A DNA stretch of 64,000 bases, from NCBI RefSeq assembly GCF_009914755.1, contig NC_060944.1; one strand, 5' to 3'. The notes beneath the pieces are model-generated. The model was given only the letters and a program-made list of their open reading frames with translations. It did not search any database and was not told the DNA's origin. The position numbers and the translations under genes are program-made. This document shows positions 1-12,431 of this stretch, piece by piece. This DNA comes from the human T2T-CHM13v2.0 reference genome, Homo sapiens. The number at the start of each line of letters is the position of its first letter. Position 1 is the stretch's first letter.

Positions 1-5
1 TTTTT

Positions 6-417
6 GTCCTAGGTTGGTTCCCCCATAAGCCAATTGTGAAGCAAAGATTTGAGAATAAGCTTTCATGGGAGGTGATACCAACAAATACTGCTATGGGAGG
101 GGGAGTATGACATGAAAGGGAAGCCAGCCAATGTAGTGTGCTTTTGTGAGCAGGTCATTCATGGGGAACTGGAACTATATCCATGAAGACCTCTAGGAGC
201 ATTTTCCCATCGGAGGGTGAGAGAAGCTGGGGCATTTATCTATCAACTTTCACTTATCGTTGAAGTCTTCTCCCAAGGCATTAACCTCCCATCACTTTTG
301 GCCTGCCCTGCATGTGGGCCTAGCATGTCTCCCCAGCCAGTGGAAGCCTAGAGCAGGGAGCAAAATGCATGAATGATAATGAAGGATCTGAGCACAGCAT
401 CAGTAGCATCTGCTCCA
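6..417 (-). mobile_element. ERVL-class solo LTR, LTR33/LTR16 family
   Basis: Begins tgtcctaggttggttcccc, contains tgggaggtgat and gctggggcatttatc, ends gcatctgctcca. This is the reverse complement of the LTR33-like pattern also seen at 12.2, 19.2, 25.1, 28.0 and 58.2 kb. Subfamily from memory. Confidence 0.7.
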
Positions 418-499
418 AGGATGGAGGAAGGCAGGATGGGAACTTCCCAGGCTAGGAAGGGTTATAAACAAGAAGACTCAGAGGTTCCCGATGGAAGGC

Positions 500-1720
500 T
501 CAGGATTGTCCCAAGGGTTCTTTTCAGAGTTCTAGCCCAGTATGTCAAGCAGCATGCAGAAACGAATACCTAACTACTCTTTATATTTGCCTCCCATGTG
601 CAGACACTTCAGAAAGGTGAAGGCTGAACAAAGGCACACAGTAATTGTGCACAGTAATTGATCTTTCGGGGTGGTATGTATAAAGCCCTCCCCACCAAAT
701 GGAGTCAGAGAGTTTTTATTTTGATAGCTCCTCAGTAATGGACAGTGGAAGGAAAAGGATACATGGAAAAGAATACTTCAGGGATGGGATTTAATTTGTT
801 TTCAGACTGTGAGCAATACAGGACAGAAGAGAATAACATTTTTTCCAGAGAAATCTAAGCCGTGTTCATTGTCTAATATCGAAGACTTGCAAAAACACAT
901 TGAACAGAGGTTAATTGAGAGTATAATATCTGAATCCTACAGCACTATAAATCCTCCATTGTCATGGTCAAGAAGGAATATAGCCAGCACAAAGCCCATA
1001 AAAATGCTAAAGAAGATTAGCACATTTCTGCTTGAATTGAGGACACCTTGGACTGCTTGCTAAGGAACAGTAGCTTTAAGTAAAGGACTCGAAGAGTGTC
1101 CTTAGCTGGTTAGAATAAAGACACAATTTGCCTTCATTTCCCTGTTGGCTTTTACCAATTTACAAAGAGGCCTTGAGGTAAAGGAAAAGATTAATGAGGA
1201 TGTGAAATATATAACAGCATTTGTTTATTTAGATGAGATAATTATTTTCACCAGCACCAGAAGAATAGAAGCAAGGTCCTTTGGATATCTGGTCCCCTCA
1301 GGAAAATAGTTTAATATTGTCCTCAGACATGGGTCAAATTGCCTGCACCTTTGTTAGTGGACACAGAGGTCCCAGTCTGGAGACAGCATTGTCCTTGAAA
1401 CTCTATCCATAATCAACAATTGCCATGAACCAATTGTAGCAAACTCAGAAAGAAAGAAAAATTGCTTCAGAGGTTTATAGAGGTTTTTAGAGTATTCCTA
1501 AATTACAGACCTCACAATATCTTAAAGCAGGGTTGAATTTGGAAGGCTGAGCCCTTCCAAAAAGAAAGGAAAAGATCATAGGATAAATAATACTCATTAT
1601 CATCAACCCGCCTCAATCCATTAATTATAAAGAATTTTAAACTATCTTAGGGAGTTTTATCCAAGATTTGCCGAGGAATAACTCCAGGTTGGTAAGGCAC
1701 CCAGCTATTTAAAGCAGATT
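500..1720 (+). mobile_element. Fossil Ty3/Gypsy pol, 5' part (linker, reverse transcriptase, weak RNase H); MamGypsy-like internal sequence
   Basis: Frameshifted translation gives collinear Gypsy RT motifs: FFPEKSK..IEDLQKHIEQRLIESIISES (838-937), SIVMVKK (~954-975), IEDTLDCL (1036-1059), AFI/PVGFYQF (~1129-1161) and AFVYLDEIIIF (YLDE at 1226-1237). Typical vertebrate Gypsy equivalents are PFRERSRR..DIEDVRKHL..GIIKES, SPIVVVRKK, IDDALDCL, AFICPLGFYQF and VYLDDLIVF. Confidence 0.8.
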
Positions 1721-2035
1721 TTTTAAATGATTAATTCTTTTTCAAATAATTTTATTAAGTTCAGCAGTATATGTGCGGTTTGTTACATACGTAAATGTGT
1801 GTTGTGGAAGTTTTTTGTACAGGTTATTTCATCATCCAGGTATTAAGCCTAGTAGCAGCAGTTATTTTCTCCACCCTCTGACAGTGTGTGTTGTTCTCCT
1901 CTATGTGTCCATGTGTTCTCATCATTTAGCTTCACTTATAAGAGAACATGCAGTGACTGATTTTCTGTTCCAACCCTAGTTTGCTAAGGATGATGGCCTC
2001 CAGCTTCATCCATGTCCCTGCAAGTGACATAACAC

Positions 2036-2256
2036 TCTTTCTCCCTTCTTTTCTTTCTTTCTTTTCTTTTCTTTTCTTTTTTCTTTCTTTTTCTTTCTTC
2101 TCTCTTTCTTTTTGTTTCTTTCTTTCCTTCTTTCTTCTTTTCTTCTTTTTTTCTTTGTTTCTCTCTCTCTCCCCCTCCCTCCCTCCCTCACTCCCCCACT
2201 CTCTCTTTCCCTTTCTTCCTTCCTTCCTTCCTTCCTTCCTTCCTTCCTTCCTTCCT

Positions 2257-2288
<32 letters not shown>

Positions 2289-2290
2289 TC
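2036..2290. repeat. Polypyrimidine low-complexity tract, (TTTC)n/(CT)n/(CCTT)n, the expanded tail of the adjacent Alu
   Basis: About 250 nt of almost pure C/T directly abutting the 3' end of the minus-strand Alu. Confidence 0.95.
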
Positions 2291-2596
<306 letters not shown>

Positions 2597-4952
2597 TAAT
2601 ATATCATGGTGTATATGTACCACATTTTCTTCATCCAGTCTATCACTTATGGGCATTTAGGTTGATTCTATGTCATTGCTATTGTGAACAGTGCTGCAAT
2701 AAACATATGCATGCATGTGTCTTTATAATAGAATGACTTATATTTCTTTGGGTATATACCTAGTAATGAGATTGCTGGGTCTAATGGTATTTCTGTCTTT
2801 AGGTCTCTGAGGAATTGCTGCACAATAGTTGAACTAATTTACACTCCCACCAACTGTGTAAAAACATTCCTTTTTCTCTGCAACCTTGCCAGCATCTGTT
2901 GTTTTTTTTGACTTTTTAATAGTAGCCATTCTGACTGGAGTCAGATGGTATCTCATTGTGGTTTTGATTTGCATTTCTGTAATGATTAGTGATGTTGAGC
3001 TTTTTTTTTTTCATATGATTGTTGGCTACATGTATGTCTTCTTTTGAAAAGTGTCTGTTCATGTCCTTTGCCCACTTTTTAATAAGGTTGTTTTTCTCTT
3101 GCAAATTAGTTTAATTCTTATAGATGCTGGATATTAGACCTTTGTTAGATGGATAACTTGTAAAAATTTTCTGCCATTCTGTAGGTTGTCTGTTTACCCT
3201 GTTGATAGTTTCCTTTGCTGTGCAGAAGCTCTTTAGCTTAGTTAGGTCCCATTTATCAAGTTTTGCTTTTATTGCAATTGCTTTTGGCTTCTTCATCATA
3301 AAACCTTTACTCATATCTATGTCCTGAACAGTATTGCCTAGGCTGTCTTCCAGGGTTTTTATAGTTTTGGGTTTTATATTTAAGTCTTTAATCCATCTTG
3401 AGTTAATTTTTGTATATGGCATAAGAAAGGGTTCCAATTCCAATCTTCTGCATATGGCTAGACAGTTATCCCAGCACCATTTGTCGAATAGGGAATTCTG
3501 TCCCCATTGCTTGTTTTTGTCAGGTTTGTTGAAGATCAGATAGTTGTAGGCATGCAGTCTTATTTCTGGGTTATGTATTCTGTTCTGTTAATCTATGTGT
3601 CTGTTCTTGTACCAGTACTATGCTGTTGGTTACTGTAGCCCTGTGGTATAGTTTGAAGTTGGGTAGCATGATGCCTCCAGTTTCATTCTTTTTGCTTAGG
3701 ATTGCCTTAGCTATTTGGACTCATTTTTTGTTCCATATGAATTTCAAATTAGTTTTTTCTAGTTCTGTGAAGAATGTCAATGGCAGTGTAATAGGAATAG
3801 CATTGAATCTATAAATTGCTTTGGGCAGTTATGGCCATTTAAACAATATTGTTTCTTCCTATCCATGAACATAGAATATTTTGTTTGTGTCATCTATTCG
3901 TTTTTTTTTTTTTTTTTTGGTTTTTTTTTGGAACAGTGGTTTGTAGTTCTCCTTGTTCTCTCTCTTTCATCCCCCTGGTTAGCTGTTTTCTCAGGTATTT
4001 TATTCTTTTCATTGCCATTGTGAATGGAATGATATTCTCAATTTGGCTCTCAACTTAACTGTTGTTGGTGTATAGGAATGCTAGCAATTTTTGCACATTG
4101 ACTTTGTATCCTGAGACTTTGTAGAAGTTGCTTATAAGACTAAGAAGATTTGGGCTGAGACAATGGGGTTTTCTATATATAGAATCATATAGATATAGAA
4201 TCATGCCTCTGCAGTTTGACTTCCTTTCTTCCTATTTGGATGCCCTTTATTTCTTTCTCTTGCCTGACTGCCCTGGCCAGAACTTCCAATACTATGTTGA
4301 ATAGGAGTGGTGAGAGAGGGCATTTATGTCTTATGCCAGTTTTCAAGGGGAACGCTTCCAGCTTTTGCCCACTCAGTATGATGCTGGCTGTGGATTTCTC
4401 ATATACAGGTCTTATTATTTTGAGGTATATTCCTTCAGTACTTAGTTTATTGAGAGTTTTTAACGTGAAGCGATGTTGAATATTGTTGAAGGCCTTTTCT
4501 GCATCTTTTGAGAATACCATGTGGATTCTGTCTTTAGTTCTGTTTTTTGTGATACATCACATTTATTGATTTGTGTTTGTTGAACCAACCTTGCATCCTG
4601 GGGATGAAGCCTACTTGATCACAGTGGATAAGGTTTTTGATGTGTTGCTAGATCTGGTTTGCCAGTATTTTGTTGAGGATTTTTGCATCAATGTTCATCA
4701 GGGTTATTGGCCTGAAGTTTTCTTTTTTTGTTGTGTCTCTGCCAGGCTTTGGTATCAGGATGATGCTGGCTTTATAGAATGAGTTAAGGAGGAGTCCCTC
4801 TTTTTCAATTTTTTTGGAATAGTTTCAGTAGAAATAGTACCAGCTTTTCTTTATACATCTGGTAGAATTCAGCTGTGAAACCATCTGGTCCTGGCCTTTT
4901 TTTTTTTTTTTTTTTTTGGTTGGTAGGCTATTTATCATTTCAGAACTTGTTA

Positions 4953-5542
4953 TTTTTTTTTTTTACTCTAAAAGTCAGATATATTTTTAAAAGATCATGC
5001 TTATAATAAGCAAATTACATAGTAAGGAAACATCAAAATAAAGTAGATGAATAAAAAGGCATACTCGAAAAATTCAACAGCAGAAAGGACAGTTATTTTT
5101 GTTTTGTTTCTAATGCCTGAAGAAAGAGAAAGAGACATGAAAACTATTTTTTCAAGTGAAGGTTTCTGTCTGTTGAAGTAGTTAGCATTGGCTTCTTTTC
5201 TCCTGTGTCCAAAGCAGGCTTTTCCTGCACTGGCTTCTGAGGAGTTGTTTAGTCTTCTGCCATGTACAGGCAATACATCAAGGCAACGGCCACTGTTGAG
5301 ATGGCAGGGATCACCCAGTTGGTCCACCAGCTGGAACTAGAAACAACAGTAGCGATAAAAGTTTCTGAAAGCTTGCTTAACTTAAGTTTATCATCTGGAT
5401 GGAACTCCTCAATGATATATGTTTTGGACAATTCCCTAGCATCTGTAGAGTGCCCAACATCCTCAAAGTTTGCAGTAGCGTCACCTCCAGCTTCTTCCTT
5501 TAAGACTTCTTCTGTTAAGACTTCTTTCCCACCAGGATGCTC
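4953..5542 (-). pseudogene. CYB5A: Processed, 5'-truncated pseudogene of cytochrome b5 type A (membrane-bound isoform) with 3'UTR and poly(A)
   Basis: Minus-strand frame 5542 to 5249 reads [97 protein letters not shown]. It matches CYB5A ([29 protein letters not shown]). It is intronless, has about 285 nt of 3'UTR and a T12 run at 4953-4964 (poly(A)), and lacks the N-terminus and ATG. The symbol given is the parent gene; which catalogued CYB5AP this is cannot be determined here. Confidence 0.96.
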
Positions 5543-6689
5543 AGGTATTCAATTTCTTCCTGGTTCAGTCTTGAGAGGGTGTATGTGTCAAGGAATTTAT
5601 CCATTTCTTGTAGGTTTTCTAGTTTATGTACAGAGAGGTGTTTATAATATTTTCTGATGATTGTTCATATTTCTCTGGAGTCAGTGGTAATAATCCCCCC
5701 ATGTATCTGTGTTTATTTCAATCTTCTATCTTTTCTTCCTTATTAGTCTAGCTGGTGGTCAATCTATTTTATTATTTTATCCAAAATGCCAGCTCTTGGA
5801 TTCATTCATATTTTGAATGTTGTTTTTGTTGTTGTTGTTGTTGTTGTTGTTGTTTCTATTTTCTTCAGTTCTTCTCTGAGCTTGGTTATTTCTTGTCTTC
5901 TGCTAGCTCTGAGGTTTGTTTGCTCTTGGTTCTCTAGTTCTTTTAGTTCTGATGTTAGGGTGTTGATTTGAGAACTCCCTAGCTTTTTGATGTGGGCATT
6001 TAGTACTATAAATTTCCCTCTTAACACTGCCTTAGTTGCATCCCAGAGATTCTGGTGTTGTATCATTATTCTCATTCATCTCAAAGAACTTCTTGATGTC
6101 TCCCTTAATTTCATTATTTACCCATAAGTCATTCAGGAGCAGGTTATTCAATTTCCATGTAATTGTATGGTTTTGAGTGAATTTCTTTGTCTTGATTTCC
6201 AGTTTGACTGTGCTGTGGTCTGAGAGACTATTTGTTATAATTTCAGTTCTTTTGCATTTGCTGAGGAGTGTTTCATTTCCAATTATGTGATCAATTTTAG
6301 AGTAACTGCCATGTGGCAATGAGAAGAATGTATTTCTGTTGATTTGGAGTGGAGAGTTCTGTAGATGTCTATCAGGTCCACTTGATCCAGAGCTGAGTTC
6401 AAGTCCTGACTATCTCTGTTGATTTTCTGTCTCGATGATCGGTCTAATATTGTCAGTGGGGTGTTACAGTCTCCTACTATTATTGTGTGGGAGTCTAATT
6501 CTCTGTGAAGGTCTCTAACAACTTGCTTTATGAATCTGAGTGCTCCTGTGTTGGGAGCATACATATTTAGGAAAGTTAGTTCTTGTTCAGTTGAACCCTT
6601 TACCATTATGTAACGCCCATCTTTGTCTTCTTTTATCTTTGTTGGTTTAAAGTCTATTTTGTCAGAAAATAGGATTGCAAACCTCTGTA

Positions 6690-7400
6690 AAACATATTTT
6701 CTTATAAAATCCTTCAGCAATGTGGAAAAAGCCCACAAGGCAGCTAGTTTTCAGGAACTCGGGAAAGTCTAGGGTGAGGCTTCTGAGCAGGTGTCCAGGG
6801 CCTTGGGAGGCTGTGTAGACCTGTCTTGACACTTGATGGCTCTGCTACAGTTTTCATTACCTATGGAAACCAGCTTCGTGGGTCTAGAAGGAGATAATGG
6901 CAACCAAACGCAAAAGCCAGGATTGACCTAAGCAAGAGGCTTGTGCCATCTGGGCACTGTCAAGCAGTTTTAAGAGAATGTGCTGGGTGCCTCTTGGGTT
7001 ACAGACTGACGATGTGTTCCCCAGTGCTGAGCAAGCTGCTCTAATCACTGGTGAGTGGTTGCATTGGCTGACCAGGTATTCAGTGGTGCTCGGAGATCAA
7101 GTCATATCTCAACAACAAAGTCAATCACCCTACCTGTGGACAGGTAGATTGTATGCAGATTGATGAGACAACTTCCCCCGCAGGGTTGGAGGCAATTTGA
7201 GAGTCTAGTGAACACGTTTGTATGGCCAAGCATTAGGAGGCATCCCACCATTTTCTCTCCCAGGTCATCTCACTTAGTTCTGGGGAAATCTTCTACCTTC
7301 CTTAGAGCTTGGACTGACTCAAAGCTAGAAGAGGTGACAAAAAGAAGAATGAAGCATTCTTGGCTAAAATATCCTGGACTCTCTCCAGGCATTTAAAATT
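6690..7400 (+). mobile_element. Fossil Ty3/Gypsy pol, 3' part (integrase remnants)
   Basis: Collinear weak motifs: LCHLGTV (6941-6961; cf. zinc-finger GHLG), LTRYS (7068-7082; cf. DHFTRYA), QGWRQFES (7181-7204; cf. DQGRDFES), SIRRHPTIFSP (cf. GIRKSRTTPYHP) and GLSP (cf. TGYSP). Strand and order are as expected downstream of the RT at 0.5-1.7 kb. Confidence 0.55.
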
Positions 7401-7849
7401 TCACTTTATCACTAAAGCCAACTAGAAAACTCATAAAACATTTATTGTACCATGTGTTGCCAGGTCCAGCATGAGAACAGCAGAATTAATTGTGTTGTTC
7501 CAAAGGAGCATTCCTCAAGTGCATCTGCTATCAGCTGGTAGTGGTGATTTAAGAATCAATCGAGGTTTCTGCCAATGGTTGACTAAACTCATCTGGAATA
7601 AAATGTGCATAAATGCTGGAAAAATATTTTAACAAATACTTTTAAATGCATGGCAGCTCTTACGAGAAGGTAAGATAAATACCCTGGTGTCAAGAATCAA
7701 GTGACAGCAGGAATCCCAGGAGATAAACAAGTGCAAAAGCTGTCAGCTGAGTTGGGAAGTCTACCTTTCCAGGAGGCCTGCACTTTGTTTTAACAGCAGC
7801 AAGTGTTGGCGTGGCTCTTGCAGATAGAGAACTAAGTGGGAAGAGATGC

Positions 7850-8972
7850 GTTTCCAGATATCAAAATATTATAAACGTATGGTAATAAGAGTGAGATTTC
7901 AGTATATATAGAGAAAAAAATATCAAGCCATGGAACATAAGGAAAAGCTGAGATTCTGATCCACAGAAACAGGATGGGGCAATTTCATATCTAAACAAAG
8001 AGCAAGCATGCACACTTGTTTCACACCATGCACCTTAGTGGATTACAGGCTTCAATATATAAGGCAAATGTTACATGTTTAGAAGTACATAGAAGAGTGT
8101 ATCCTTGGGAGTTCAGGGTCAGCAAAGATTTTCTCAAGAAAATATAGAAATATAAACCATGAGGAAAACAGTGACACATTCAGCTGCTTTAAAACTGAGA
8201 ACTTCTCTCTTCATTAACAGAAAGTGGAAAAATGTGTGCCACACAGGTCAATGGAAACAGATTGGGGGTGGGGGGGGTAGAGAGAGAGAGAGGGAGAGAG
8301 AGAGAGAGAGAGCCCACGAGCTTCTCAGATCAATATCAAGAAAAGAAAGCCTCAAGGGAGAAAAACAGCAAAAGATATGGACTGGCGTTTCACAGATTAA
8401 AAAAAAACACAGTGGACAAGAAACATTAAAAACGCGCAACCTCATTAGTTACCAGAGAAACACAAGAGTAAATTTCATTGCACACACACTTGTTGGCAAA
8501 AGTTAAGAGATTTGATCACACCCAGTGCCTGGCAAGGCCATGGAGCAATATGGAACAGTTATAAATTACTGGTTGAAGTACAAATCATGAAAACGTGGCA
8601 TTATCTAGGAAGTTTAAGCTGCACATGCCCTTCCATAAAGCAATTTTCAGACCTGGTGGTATATACTGGTGACTCTGGTCCATTTGCTCTGTGATGTGTG
8701 TCTAAGAATCTTTACCACAGTGTTTTTCTTATAGCAAAAACCCTGGAAAGAACCCAAATGCCTATTGATAATAAAAGGACAACTACTTCAGGGCAGTGGC
8801 TACTTCTGGGGGTGGGGGCGGGCAGTGATGGGGCCCAGGTGGAATATCTGGGAACAAGTGATCTGTTTCTTAAACTGGGTGGTGGGCATGTTAATTTCTA
8901 TTTTATTTCTGTACTTTATGATACATATGTACATGCTGTGATTATGTGTATCAAATACACCACAGTTTAAAA
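7850..8972 (+). mobile_element. Old L1 (L1ME-like) ORF2 end and 3'UTR
   Basis: ccagatatcaaaatattataaa, cttatagcaaaaaccctggaaagaacccaaatgcc and tctgtttcttaaactgggtggtgggcat are degenerate L1M 3' motifs. Confidence 0.7.
8263..8312. repeat. G-run followed by (GA)n microsatellite
   Basis: gggggtggggggggtagagagagagagggagagagagagagagagag. Confidence 0.9.
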
Positions 8973-9837
8973 ATCATTTGAAAAGATCTGATTCAGTGCT
9001 CATCATTGGGTGGGGGCAGAATCAGGAAACCAAAAGTCAGAGACAGCCCAGTGCGAGGCTTGGAGAGCTGTCTTCCACTTACAATGGCCTACACAGGCAG
9101 CTCAATGCCACCTTCCCACTGAAGTCACAGAACCCAACTACTGAAGCCCAGGTATATTCTTGCACTGACTGTTCATATCATACCCTCTCTACAAGCCCAC
9201 TTCACCTGGGGTCAAAAGGTACCCACCACCCACCAAAGCCCAGGCACTTTTTAGCTCAGTGGCTTTTTTTCTAGAATACATCAGGTCACCCATTAAGTTG
9301 TCGAGGATTTGGAGAAATAATTTAGCCGGCTGGAATCCAGAAATCCAAGATTGTTCTCTATCACTTGCATGAGACCCACTGTTTAAGTTCTTTCTCTGAA
9401 AGTTTCTCTGCTCAGAAGGCTGGGCACACTCCCCTTGGGCAGACAGGACGTTGGAGTCGCATGGTTCCAATCCCTCCTGCATTAAAACTTCTGAGAGCAC
9501 TTCCACGGCTTGCAGGGAGTAGCCAGATCCAGCACCCAGCCTCTCTTGTCTGGCCCTCAGGGAGCCAGAGGACAATGTCCACTGGTATCCACACTCACCC
9601 TTGCTGCTTTTTCTGTCCCAAGTAATCCTCAGGGGAAAGGCTGAGGACAGAGGACCCCTGACATCTTCGTGATGGAGGCTCATAGAGATTGCAAATAGTT
9701 TCTTCGGTGGAAACAAAAAGACTTATCAGGAAGGAAAAAAAAGATGTGATAGGGTGACATTGGTGTGCTCTCTCCTGAACCCTCAATCAATTATTTTTCC
9801 TCTACCCTAAGAGCCTCTTATTTCCTCTCCATCCCCA

Positions 9838-9906
9838 ACACACACACATACAGACATACAAACACATGCATATGCATACACACACATGCATAAACATGCA
9901 TGCACA
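9838..9906. repeat. Degenerate (CA)n/(CATA)n tract
   Basis: acacacacacatacagacatacaaacacatgcatatgcatacacacacatgca. Confidence 0.75.
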
Positions 9907-10970
9907 GTTCACGGAGCCAGACATAACTCACTCACACTACAGAGAAAAAACAAAATTTTCTTGACTTGAATTTTTCACCCTGAGCTAAAGAATCTTTAAG
10001 CTTGAGCATTAGAGAATGTCCCAGCATCTTCATATCTACACCATCTGAATTCTTAAAGAGTTTATGATCCCCAGAAGCCTGGCTACCACACTTCTCCTGC
10101 CTGTCTCACTGCCCTGCACCTCCATCTGGACCTCAGCCACTCTGAACAATTTTTCTTCCAGTCACACTTTCTCCTGCCGCAGAGCCTCTCACAGACAGAT
10201 CCTCCAAAGCAAGGCCTGGAACACTCTCCTCTCACCCTCAGCCCTTAAACATCCCTACTCCTCATCCCTGCAACCCAACACCATGCAGCTTTGGTTTCTT
10301 TTTAACTTTCCTTTGTCCTCAGCCCACCTCTCCCTGCACATTAAAAAATCATTTGGCCAAAGCCGATGAAATCCCAAGTGCCCAGACCAAGTGACTTCCA
10401 TAAACAAAGGCCTGCTACAACACACTGTCTTCTGAGCTGTGAGTGGCCACTCGTGTTGTGACTCTGCATGACTCCAAGGAAGGGTTGCTGGCTTTCAAGG
10501 CTGCCAAGTGTGAGAACTGGGATGATTGCAATCTGTCATTTTGCCAGATGAGAAGCTAAGCCACCACTTCCTAGTTGTTTTCCATCTGGGCCACCTTGCC
10601 AGAACTCCCTGGGACCTAGGATAAAACAGATGGACAGCCCTTCACAAAAGGCTTCCATAAGGTGAATTGGAAGGAGACCCGGGCCCGCAGCAGCAACCAC
10701 AAGCTATTCCCATTGCATTTAAGCTGGCTCTGAGATGCCACCACATCCTCCAATTTTATGCTTTCATGATTGGCACCTGTTGGAATGCATAAGCTCTACA
10801 CTCCTCTGGAAAGACTGACATTGAGTATGAAATAGAAATATTAAGTATAGGAGCCATATCTTGAGGAAAGGCAATTTCTCTCTGCAGAGATTTCCACTAG
10901 TTTCCCCTACTCCCTACCCACTTTTATGCAACAAAACAAAAAAATAAAACATGCTGAAGAATCACCTTTT

Positions 10971-11267
10971 GTCAGGTATGGTGGTTCATGCCTGCAATTC
11001 CAGCACTTTGGGGGGCCGAGGCAGGAAGATCACTTGAGGCCAGGAGTTCAAGACCAGCCTGAGCAACACTGTGAGAGCTTGTCTGTACAAAAATAAAAAT
11101 AAAAAAGTAGCCAGTTGTGGTGATGTGCACCTGTGGTTTCCAGCTACCTGGGGAGGCTGAGGCAGGAGGATAGCTTGAGCCCAGGAGTTTGAGGCTGCAG
11201 TGAGCCCTAATTGTGCCATTGCACTCCAGCCTTGGCAACAGAGAAAGACCTGTCTCTCTTTAAAAAA
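10971..11267 (+). mobile_element. Alu (AluJ-type)
   Basis: AluJ diagnostics: gatcacttgaggccaggagttcaagaccagcctgagcaaca and ggaggatagcttgagcccaggagtttgaggctgcagtgagc. Confidence 0.93.
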
Positions 11268-11589
11268 ATGGACTTTTCTGAGCTTCCATGTTTAGAATAT
11301 CTACACTGGTTTGCAGCAGGAACAGACCAGAAGTTTCAGAAACTTCAAGGATCTCACTTCTTGTCAGGCAGTCCTGGAGTTAGAGCCCTTTCCTGCTAGA
11401 CCCATACTCATAACACTCACCTGTGCGTCCTTGTTTTACCTTCTGGAGCTGCACAAAACCCAGAGACACCTTTGCACAAGACAGTGCTTCTGATAACTAG
11501 ACTTTTCATAACTCCCATGAATATTAGATTTTCTGAGAACAATATTTTCTGTTTCTTTGGTCATTCTCTGTGTGATCTGCTTCTTAGAC

Positions 11590-11850
11590 TGCTCATTAGT
11601 TTATTTTGTGAACGTGTCTCTCAAAAGGCGCCACCCATCCCTGCCCCTGACTTTCAATACCACCTGAGCAAGAGAAACCATTTAGACAAGTACTTTCCCT
11701 AGAGGAGAATCAACTTCCCTCCTAAAATCTGCAACACTTTAACAGCTGCAGAGACAGCCTCTATGAAGCTCGTGGTCTGCTCAAGTCCAAAGACCCTTTC
11801 GTACCTGCATTCCCCATTCTCTGCTTGTGGAATTGATTTCAGACTTTAAA
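11590..11850 (-). mobile_element. Probable L3/CR1 LINE fragment
   Basis: gtgaacgtgtctctcaaaaggcgcc ... ttccccattctctgcttgtggaattgattt resembles the antisense L3 consensus as I recall it; very diverged. Confidence 0.4.
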
Positions 11851-12189
11851 AATGGATGTTGGACATCATAGTTTGGGTTTGAACTTCTTTTTCTGGTGCA
11901 GTAAAATCATTACAAGCTTTTAGTCTACCTTTATATTTTCTGTCTTTTTTACCACTGAGGAAACTTTTGGGAAAAGGAGTGTCTCAAAATACTAAAAGTA
12001 TTAATGCAACTCCAAATAGCCCCGCAGTCTAGGCATTATTATACAGCTATGGAAACACAGGCAGAGTATAACAAAACACACTTTCGTTTTCCCTCCTTTC
12101 ATTCCACTAAAGGAAATCCTGAGTAGAATGGATAAGAATCCTCTATATCAAAACAGATGGCAATGACACAGCCTCAAGTAATGAGGGTG

Positions 12190-12431
12190 GAAGCTGGTGG
12201 GTAGACACCTGAGCCTCTTCTCCCCTCAATGAGACAACCCATGTCCTGTGCCATTTTCCTTAGCATCCTGAGTGTCCATAGTCATGACTGGAGCAATGGC
12301 GCTCCCTTGTCTTCTGTGTCCTTTTCCCCATGCTCATCCTAGTGCTTCTTGGGACCACCTCCCAAATAAGCCATATTCATCCACATCTCCATTTTGGGTT
12401 TTGCCTCTAGGAGGGGACCTAGTCTAAGACA
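12190..12431 (+). mobile_element. LTR16/LTR33-family LTR, 3' portion
   Basis: gggaccacctcccaaataagc...ggggacctagtctaagaca is the family 3' end, with a poly(A)-signal-like aataag and terminal CA. Confidence 0.7.

Noticed and set aside
5543-5610. L1 ORF2-CYB5A in-frame fusion protein
   Set aside because: L1 ORF2 (..NQEEIEYL) joins CYB5A out of frame, and the CYB5A frame has a TGA three codons upstream of the junction.
5262-5657. 131-aa plus-strand ORF
   Set aside because: It is the antisense of the CYB5A pseudogene plus L1; there is no independent coding evidence.
9189-9716. 175-aa minus-strand ORF
   Set aside because: It has a non-ATG start, no recognisable domain and no supporting exon structure; a chance ORF.
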